Shown here one piece after another: positions 54,383-64,000 of a DNA stretch of 64,000 nucleotides. The number at the start of each line of letters is the position of its first letter. The stretch's first letter is position 1. The position numbers were made by a program, and so were the translations under genes. Under the pieces are notes generated by a model. The model was not told the origin of the DNA, searched no databases, and was given only the letters and a program-made list of their open reading frames with translations. Origin of the DNA: Eledone cirrhosa (Eukaryota); NCBI GenBank assembly GCA_964016885.1, contig CAXHJY010000320.1:1-64000 (forward strand). Direction: 5' to 3'.

Positions 54383-56004
54383 ATATATATATAAAACTCA
54401 TGCCAGCATGGGAAGTAGCTGTAAGATGATGGTGTGTATGGTGGGGGGTTTACATAACTGAAATCAATTATTATCATCATTTTATGCCTACTTCCCATGC
54501 TGGTATGGGTTAAAAAGTTTATCACAGCCTGAGACTAGATAGATCAGAGCAACCAATCTTGGTTGTTACATTTTATATTTGGCATGATTTCTACAATGCT
54601 AGTTACCTTACAGAGCATACTGGGCGCATTTTTTTCATGACACTAATACTATTAGCTAACAAAATATATTGGTGTATTTTTCAAGACACCAGCACTACCA
54701 CTTTACAGACTGGACTGAGTGTATTTTATCGTGGAACCAACACTAACATTTTACAGAGTGTATTGGCCAGACTGAAGAGTCCTCTCAAACCTTACATTGT
54801 CTACCATTGATTGCTAAACACTATAACTTATGGTCTCTCACAATGTTTACTTTTAGTAAAAGAATAAAATAATATAAGAAATATTTGTAGCAGCTTGAGT
54901 AAACAAAGCTGTCTGGTTTAACTTTCCGATGAGCTAACCTTGCAGTCATCCAGCAAATCACAATAGAAATTGCTGAGTAGAAAGAATTCATAAAAGGATT
55001 AACAGGCATACTATAAAACTATAGTCTAAATTGGACATGAAACTCCAGCTAGTATTTCATCTTAAGTATTATACTTTAAGTAGATAACAGGATAATTTCA
55101 CTTATTATTAAACAACAATTAACACTATGCACCTAAATGCAACAGGCTTATAGAATAATAGGAAAATATGCTCTTGCTCAACATCTCAGAAAATAAGTAC
55201 ATGTTCTTTTATTATCACCACCACTATCACCATCATTACCATCATCAGCACCACCATCACCATCATTAGTATTACTTCCTCCATCATTATTACCATCACT
55301 AAAATTACTAGCATTAGACTACTACCACCATCCCCATCAAAATGACCATCATTAGCACTACCACCACCATCAACATTATCATCAACACATTTCCTAGACT
55401 CAATCTTCACAGCTTCAAATTGACAGTAACAGAACAGAATATGTAGATTATTAAAAATTTTTAGGAGTCACCATTGATCAGAATCTTAAACAGAAACCAC
55501 ATATTGATCTAACCTACAGTCATTTACTCAGTACTATTGATATCTCATCACCATCATCATCCTTATAGTTTTCACATCCAACTTTCCATGCTGAAAATAT
55601 GGGTAGAGAAGATTTTTCAGTCATATTAAGGATATAACAACTTCCTTAATGCCAGTGTTCTCATAAAATGCTCCCAGTTCACAGAATGTATTGAGTAAAG
55701 AGGACACTGCTCCAATTAAGTACCGACTTGGTCTCTAACAACCCATCCAACCCATGTTAGCTTGGAAAAGCAGACATAAAATGATGACGATGATAACAAT
55801 GACAATAATGATGACAATGATGATACCTTGATGTAAATAAATAGAGATAGTGAATAACAGAATAGAAGAATTTCAGCAAACAACTTAATGAAATAAACTG
55901 AGGGAGCACTTAAATGGTCTCCCAACTTGCTAGAGTTAGCAACCAAATCTCCCTCAAATCACACCATATCTTAAATAAAAGAGGAGAAATTGGATAATGT
56001 AGAC

Positions 56005-56171
56005 CAGTAGTTCCCAAAGTGGGTTCCACAAATGAATGTCTGGGGTTCCATGAAGAAAGGTAGAGGAGTATATTTATATTACGACCATATAACAGTATTA
56101 GACTTTGGGATTGCCTCAAAAATTTCTGAACCAAAAAGGCTTCTACGTTTGAAAAAGTTTGGGAAACCCTG
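56005..56171. mobile_element. hAT (Charlie-like) MITE
   Basis: TIRs CAGTAGTTCCCAAA / TTTGGGAAACCCTG. Perfect 8-bp TSD ATGTAGAC at 55997-56004 and 56172-56179. Confidence 0.88.
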
Positions 56172-56284
56172 ATGTAGACTGATACACAAAAAGACAATGG
56201 CCATGTTAGTCATAAACCTGCTCAATCAGAGCTAACAACTAAACTACAACAACAACGATATAAATCAGTCAATATTTAAATGTT

Positions 56285-56447
56285 CCAGCTTTTTATGTTC
56301 CGAGTTCAAATCTCACCAAGGTAAACTTTGCCTTTCATCCTTACCAGATCAATAAAATAAAGTAATAGTCAAGTACCAGCATCAATATAATCAACTTTCC
56401 CCTTCCCTCAAAACTGCTGGTCTTGTTCCTATATTAGAAACCATTAT
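56285..56447 (+). mobile_element. Deu/Nin-like SINE, 5'-degenerate
   Basis: GAGTTCAAATCTCACCAAGGTAAACTTTGCCTTTCATCC...AGAAACCATTAT. Confidence 0.7.
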
Positions 56448-57789
56448 CTAAAGAAGACAATATCATAACTATTTTGTTAACTTACAGTGTGCAATTTAAA
56501 TATTTCTATATATGTATCTTTTTTTAAAAAACTATTTAGTTACAGAAGGGCAATGTCAATGAGCTTTTGCAGGGCCTTCAACTCTAGTGGGAAGGGCAGT
56601 TCCCATAAGATTTTTCAAAGCTTCCAAAACTGGTGAGAAGAGTGAAGGAAGTTATTATAAAAAAATGATCTGACCTAAATTCTTGCAGCTGTGTACAGCA
56701 AATCATGCTTGTCTCATTTCTCTTCAACCTCTGTAAAACACCTCGTGTTTTACTACCCTGTAGCACCAAACATGCACATACATACATTTTTACTTTTTCT
56801 TGTATGATATAAATCTGGTGAGTGGGACTGAGTGTAGGTTTATGAATTGCTTTTGTTAGCATTGAACTGATGTAAATTTGTTTACATTCAGGTTAAGGCA
56901 ACTGACAGTCTTAATTTTGTATGTCATACCTCAATCCCATGTGGACTGATTTCCCCATAGACAGACTGACATAAAGGTCTCCCAGTGGGATCAACTGTTA
57001 TTGCATTTGCTTGAGTCCATAGATAGCAATGGATTGGTGTAAATTTGTTTATGTTGATGTTGAAGCCATTGACAATCTTAGTTACATATATGCTGAAACT
57101 GTGTCATTGATAATTTGAAGGTTTATTGGGAAATTAAATCAAATCTGATCCATGTTTATCAATATTTGGCTGTGATGCATATTTGCAATCTAACATCTCA
57201 GTGTACAATTCGACATGTGACAAATGATTCATCATATAATTTCAAACTGTTAATTAATTTTGATAATTTCATGTTCTAACTGATAAAAATTAAACTGGCA
57301 TGTCACAAAAAATCTTATTTTCAAAAAGTATGTATGTTGCTAATGTGAAAAGTTTGAAAACCTCTGGTTTATACAATCTTCCTTTCAAACACTGTAATTC
57401 TTTGTTGCTAACGGAGGTACAAATACTACACATAATAACTAGGTCATACTCCTATTTTTATAATCTATTATGAACTTTAAAAAAAATTCAAATAATAACA
57501 AAATTTATACAAATTAAAGAAAAAATTGAGTAAAAAATAACAGGTGGGGGTAAATAACCTTTAATAAAGGTGAAATTGTTATTTATTTGAGCAAAGATAA
57601 ATGACTTGAAGAAGGTAGAGTTAAATGGCAGTAATAGTCAACCTTTGGTTATCAAACAGTGAAGGTTAGAAATAAATATGTAATCGGTTGCTAAGCTATT
57701 AAATTAAAATAATTTGTTAAAATTGAATGTATATTAACTCATATGTATCATAAACATATGGTCTCACTGTAGATTGAGAAATCATGAAA

Positions 57790-58545
57790 ATATTACCAAC
57801 AGGTGTATGCTTGTTGTGTAGACCTTGAAAAGGCATATGACCATGTTCCACGGGACCTGTTGTGGAAGGTTCTGCAGGAGTATGGGATTGATGGATAGCT
57901 TCTTGCTGCCCTGATATCTCTGTATAAATGCCCTTGTATTTGTGTTCAGATAGATGGTGCTAAGTAGAAACCATTCAATGTGGGTGTTAGACTATTCCAA
58001 GGGTGCATACTGTCACCTCTCCTGTTCATTATCTTCATAAACAGGATTGGCATGTGCAACCAGGTTGGAAGTGGTATCAAGACTAGTGGATGTAGGATCA
58101 GTTGTATGGAATTTGCAGACAACATGGTGTTACTTAACTTGTCAGAAGGTGATTTCCAACATGCACTTGATAGGTTCGTCTCAGTGCTGCATGGCAGGTA
58201 TGAAGAAAATCAGTACTGCAAAGACTGATTCACTAATCCTCTCAAGAAAGCCTGTGCAGTGCACTCTACATATGAGTGGAGTTTCACAAAAGCAGGTGTA
58301 GAAGTATCTTGGGGCCATATTCATGAGTGATGGAAGGCAGAGGCTAAATTAAGTGCAAGAATTGCAGGAGATGGTGCAGTAATGTGCCAGCTTCAGCATT
58401 CGGCAATGATAAGAAGGAAGGTAGGTAGGTGAAAAGGCCAACTCACTATCTTCAATTCAGTATTTGTGCCAACACTTACCTATGGTTATGAATCTTGAGT
58501 AATGACTGAAAAAATACGGTTGCAAATGCAAGCAACCAAAAGTGG
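57790..58545 (+). mobile_element. old RTE-clade RT fragment (different family)
   Basis: VDLEKAYDHVPRDLLWKVLQEYG, QGCILSPLLF, FADNMVL and PTLTYG motifs, with stops and frameshifts. Confidence 0.8.
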
Positions 58546-58959
58546 GTTTTATTAATACACAAAAAATGTGTATTAATAAAAACTCATAGCTGAAGAATTG
58601 TAATTAAAAGAAACCATATTCAAAGTATGTTTGTGTGTGGGGTGCACCAGTGTAAAATGGTACATTGAGTTGCATCAACTTTTACCAAAAAGTAACTGAG
58701 CCATTTGTTGAATAGAGATCCATAAAATACCAAACTGAAGTACTGTGGTCAATATAGCAAGATAGTGCTCCAGCATGGCCACAAGCCAATAACTGAAACC
58801 AGTAAGAGAATAACAGAATATAAAATTAAGACATGGAATATGAACCCATGAAAAATATATTTCCAACTATATGAGTTCTATAAAAAAATAGCAAACTTCC
58901 TTTTTCTTGTAAGAAAGTATGCAGAGTGGAGCTGCACAAATTCACACACATGCATGATT

Positions 58960-60030
58960 TTTCATGAGCTCGCTGGATGTGTCAGTCACTGCCAAACAAC
59001 CCAAGCTGTTCTACTTGTCACATTTTCATTTTGCTAAAAGCTTGGAGACATCTAAGCGGAAACAGTTCATAAAATTCAACAAACTTTTGGTGACCATGTC
59101 ATGGGTGTTATCCAAATAAAAGAATGTTACAACAGGTTCAAAGATGGTTACACATTGGTGGAGAGTAACTAGCATTCCAGGAGGCTGTCAACAAGTCACA
59201 ATACAGTTGTTATCAAGAGAGTGCAGAACTTGATAAAGGAGGATTGTCATTTGACTGTGCTGGAAATGAGTGCATATGCCATTCTAAAGGAAGATTTGGG
59301 CATGCACAGGGTATCAGTGAATTTTGTAGCCAACTGGTTTCTCAGGAACAACAATAACTTTGTTTTGAGGTTGCACAGGATATGCTGAATGCTGTTAACA
59401 TGGAACCTGAATTCTTGTATACCATAATAATTGAAGATGAGATGAGGATGTATGGGCATGACCCAGAAACCAAAACTCAATGAAAGCAATGTTGTCAAGG
59501 CTCAAAACAAGTACATCAAGTGTAGAGCAAAATCAAGGTGATGCTGACTGATTTTTTTCTTCAACTATTGAGGCATTATGCATCATGAAATATGCTCCAG
59601 AAAGATAAACACTTAATGAGAAATACTATCAAGAAGTCCTCTGACATCTTTGTGATGCTGTTTGATGCAAGAAACCAGATCTGTAGGTCTGGCAAAACTC
59701 ACAGCTGTATCATAACAGCACCCCTGCTTATTCGTCACAGCTGATTCCAAGTTTCTTAGCAAAGAAAAGCATTAACTCATTCACAATGCACTCTACTCTT
59801 CTGACATTTGGTTGTTTTCAAAAATGAAGATGATGCTAAAAGGCTCTCACTTTGAGAGTTGAGAGTCACTCTAGAAGAAACATTCCAGACATGCTTTGAA
59901 CAGTAGGAGGATCACTGGGCTAAATGTGTGGAGGCACAAGGGGCTTACTTTGAAGGGGATTAGCAGTTGAACCCCACCAAGTACATAATATTTTTCCCCA
60001 GCCTAAGGTTGGATAAACTTTTGTCAAAAT
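58960..60030 (+). mobile_element. degenerate mariner transposase relic
   Basis: YNRFKDG, MYGHDPETK, KIKVML and HWAKCVEAQGAYFEGD* (ends 59963), with many stops. Confidence 0.8.
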
Positions 60031-61899
60031 ACTTTAATTTTATAATGACCTACAAACAAAAACATTTAATTTTATTCATTATTTTTCTTTATTTTATATT
60101 TTATTTTTCCACAAATATCAAATTAACTCAATTAGCTATTCTTATTACTATAAAAATATTTTTCTTAAATCAACAATTATTATTTACTGAAAGTCACTAA
60201 AGTAAGTCTAATCTTTCAACTCTTGACATAAAAACAATCCAACTCCAGACATTCAAAAATAATAATCTATATTTATTTTTAAGTTTTAATGTGAATACCC
60301 ACATGTTTGTACAGGAAGTGTGTGCTAGTTAAAAACTGTAGCAGATCCTATGTCTTACAACAGTCAAATATTGGAGATATAACATTACATTTATGATAAA
60401 GATATGTTCAATACTAAAAGTTAGATTTGGGCAGAGAATGCAGATGTATGAAGGTTAGAAAGAAATGAGGTTAGCATGCTCTGTTAGATGTATAATGTCA
60501 GTGTGCATGAACAATGAAGCACAGAAGAACTGAAAGAAAAACTAGATGTGGCATGTATAAATGATGATTGCTAGGTGAAGAATGAGCAGAAGTTTCAAGT
60601 GGTTGCAGAAGAGTAAGACTGGACAGAAATGTTGAGAGCTGATCTCAAATCACTAAACCTCATAGAGGAGATGGACAAATACATGTGGTGAAAATCACTG
60701 CTGGACAAGACTCATCCAACCCATGTTAGCCTTTGGTAAATAACTAAAGTACTGAATTTGAGGAAGAATTTTTGTTACCATTTAGTCAGAGGAATGGGCA
60801 ATTCCTATGATCTTTTTCAGGGCCTTCAAGACTGTTAAGAGAATAGTATTCTCAAACCAAAGAACTAGCATAAATGCATGAAACAAAGTAAGCTCTGCTA
60901 AAGAACCCAAGGGTATAACTGTGGATTTAAAGTAAGTGATAAAGTAAGTCTGTCTCCCATGTAGGCTACAGCAAAATTTGAACTTAGAACACAAAGAGTC
61001 AGAACAAAGGCATCTCATTCCCACCAATCCACCTCACTCGACTGAGTAATTGAAATAAATGAAAAATTAAACAGAACAATTTTAAGTGAAAATTATAAAT
61101 ATTTATAGAATATAGTACAGATATTTTTGTATTTCATCCTTACCAGATTTCATTTTAAAACAGAAATAGATCAGATATAATATAAATATAAATTGATATT
61201 ATTATTATACAACAATCTATTTGAAATAGCTTTGTGAAGTGACTAGTATGTTGGCAAGCAACTGATGCATAACATTCCTTACTTTCAGGTTTATATTAGT
61301 TTATTTGAAGTTTTTGTTTTTGCTTTTTCAACATATTAAAGGGTCTGATGATTGAACAGAGAAAAATGTAAGGTGAAGAAAATCCTTTTGTTCTGTCATG
61401 GATATAATCTTTCTAGTGACTGTGCCATAATAAAACACATTTGTAAAGTGGTTGGTGTAAAAAAAAAACCATACCAAAAATATTAAAATGTCTGAGATAT
61501 AGTCAATGAGGATACTATGAGTAAGAACTGACTCAGGCAATGATGATCCATTCAACTCATGCCAGCACAGAAAGCAAATGTAAAATGGGGATGTTGATGA
61601 TGATGGCGTAAATTCAAAGAGGCTGGGCAATACCCATGATTTTCGCAAGCTCTCAGACTTGTGAGGCAGATGTTTAACTTGAATTTCTACAGAGTGATAC
61701 ATTTACATAGTAAATCTACACTAAAATTCTGCTCCTATAAAAGATTGCTGCTACTACCAATAAACATACCTGACCATATCCAAAATAATGACATTTCAGT
61801 TGATTAATAAACATTCCATTAGCAATCACTTTTTTGTCTCTTCTACTGTTATTATAATGGATTCTGAAAGAAAGCATTATAATGGATTCTGTTCTAAGC

Positions 61900-62156
61900 C
61901 AGGAGTTTTCAAACTTTAGTGGGTTACCAATAACCTCTAGGTGTGTGATGAAATTAAATCAAATCTGAATATTTTACAAATATTTGGCTGTGAAGTATAG
62001 ATTTAAGATTTGACAACTCTACATACAATTAAACAGATGACTGGTAAACTATTTAATTGTTTATATATTAATTTTGTGTCACTAACAAAACTTAATGTGT
62101 CATGTAACATTTTAAAAAAATGTGTGTTGCCAGTGTAAAAAGTTTGGAAAGTTCTG
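61900..62156. mobile_element. hAT-like MITE; second partial copy at ~57125-57367
   Basis: TIRs CAGGAGTTTTCAAACTT / AAGTTTGGAAAGTTCTG. The internal GAAATTAAATCAAATCTGA..ATATTTGGCTGTGA block is shared with 57130-57175. Confidence 0.7.
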
Positions 62157-63576
62157 GTTTAAACAAGTACATATGTCTCAAGCTAATATCACCTGTCAAG
62201 CTGACCAAATTCACATGAATCTTCTTCTAATGTCATCTTGTTCTTCCTCAAACTTCACCCTAAACACTTTTTCCAATCCTTTCTTCCCAAGACTGTATCT
62301 CTCTGAACTCCCTCCCAACCCATATTTTATTCTATAAACATCAACCTAGAGAAGTTCAAGTTGAATATCAACCATGTTGACGTCATCAGTCTGGGACAGT
62401 CTGCAAATGTCATTCATGGCCACCACCAGCCAGCACCCACCCTCTTCCAACTTAATATTTAAAAAAAAAAAATAACTCCTTTTTGACAGAAAAAAAATTC
62501 ACCGACCAATATTAGAATTTAATTCCAGAGTTGTATGACATAACCATCATCATCATCATCATTTTATGTTCGGTTTCCCTGCTAGCAAAGATTGTACAAG
62601 TTTGGCAAGTGACTTGATAAAACTGAAGCAATTATATTGTGGAAGAGTCATTTTAGTTGTTATATTCACTTTATATTTCTTTTGAAATTAATGAAAAGTT
62701 TATATAAAAGTTTTTCTTTTTTTAAATTTTTTTTTATTTTCTGTAATTGGAAATTTAATTCAAGACACAACTGTCTAAAACACAACAGCAATCATGGTTT
62801 TTCACATATCTTCACTCCCCAATTCCCCACAAACTGTGAAATAGTTTCAAAATTGCAATGCCAGATATATTTTAGACATGAGAAGTTAATCGGATGTAAA
62901 TTATTATCTTGCTAGATTAATGATATAAATTTTCAAACTAAATATTAATTTGTGGCTGACTACCAACAATTTCTTCATATCTAGATTGATCTTCACAACT
63001 GAGTATTACACTACTACATGTATATATAATGTATATCACCATCATCATTTAATGTCTGGTTTTCCTGCTAGCATAGGTTGAATGAGTCATCACAGACCAA
63101 GTCAGTACTTAGAGCTACTGACCTCTCAGTCGGGCCAGGGTCTGCATCTTATTTACATAAATTTCCACACTCTACAGAGTTTACTAGATATGTTTTATCA
63201 TGGCTCTAGCACTAGGGATTTTTGTCATATCTTTAACATAACTGAATAGTCCTTCTGACTCTTTGTTTAGCAAGTTTACTAGAACTGAATGCCCTTTCCT
63301 ATCACCAACCACTTTACAGAGTGTACAGTGCGCATTTTATTGTGGCACCAACACTAGAGTGTGTCAGTTAATGACACTACTTAAAAGTCCTCTCAACCCT
63401 TTTGACATGCTTTATACAGCTGGATGCCATTCCTAACACCAACCAATTTACAGAGTGTACTGGGTGTTTTTATCATGACACCAGCACTAGGCAGGTTGTC
63501 AGTCATATGCTTGACTGAAAAGCCCACGCTATCCCATGGGTGGGGGTTACTTGTACAGAAGAGTTCTGTGGGAGAT

Positions 63577-63645
<69 letters not shown>

Positions 63646-63856
63646 AGAGTTAAACAAGATTCAATGAATACACCAAAGAATGAGTTTTACAATAGATTGG
63701 AAGCACTCTACAAAAAATATTTTCCAGAGTTTCAAAATATTAACAAAATAGATATTCTTGTGATCAATTATATTTTATTATACATATTTCAGTACCTCTG
63801 AAATATGTATAATAAAATATAATTGATCAAAATAGATATTTTGTTAATATTTTGAA

Positions 63857-63893
<37 letters not shown>

Positions 63894-64000
63894 CGTTTCT
63901 GAATTTGTTTAGCAAGATTCTTTATCTGAAATCGTGTGTTGAAACCGATATTGTTATACTTTGGGAGGGTCATGTTGCCAATAAGAAACACACGCACCAG

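Noticed and set aside
56584-56862. Possible upstream MsrB exon (ctacAG at ~56759, GTCAGA at ~56674)
   Set aside because: The splice signals are weak and the peptide is unrecognisable; it cannot be supported without transcripts.

Overview
AT-rich, repeat-dominated eukaryotic DNA, most likely from an octopus. That taxonomy is inferred from the SINE families, the RTE LINEs with (GAT)n tails and the multi-kb (TA)n fields. I can support one host gene: a Cys-type, Zn-binding methionine-R-sulfoxide reductase B (MsrB3/SelR-like) on the minus strand. Its three coding exons (25934-25756, 21606-21434, 8956-8808) have phase-compatible GT-AG junctions and give 166 aa. The rest is microsatellite fields and mobile-element copies: RTE LINEs carrying a PHD-like finger, a CR1-group LINE, an R4/Dong-type RLE LINE, DD37D (maT) and mariner relics, hAT and mariner MITEs, a Helitron, and tRNA-derived SINEs. 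The most unusual signal is a set of type-I hammerhead ribozyme (HHR) motifs in short microsatellite-flanked elements, resembling Penelope-like pseudo-LTRs or retrozymes. They lie at 20912-20950, 27080-27180, 28126-28168 and 35402-35489 (partial tandem copy at 35993-36072), with a half motif at 13641-13703. The 35402 motif has a compensatory U3-A8 core, a long branched stem II and a 591-nt cleavage-to-cleavage period. Several long fold-back palindromes also occur. All ORFs made of Y/I/C/V/H/T runs are microsatellite artefacts. All folds and alignments were done by eye.
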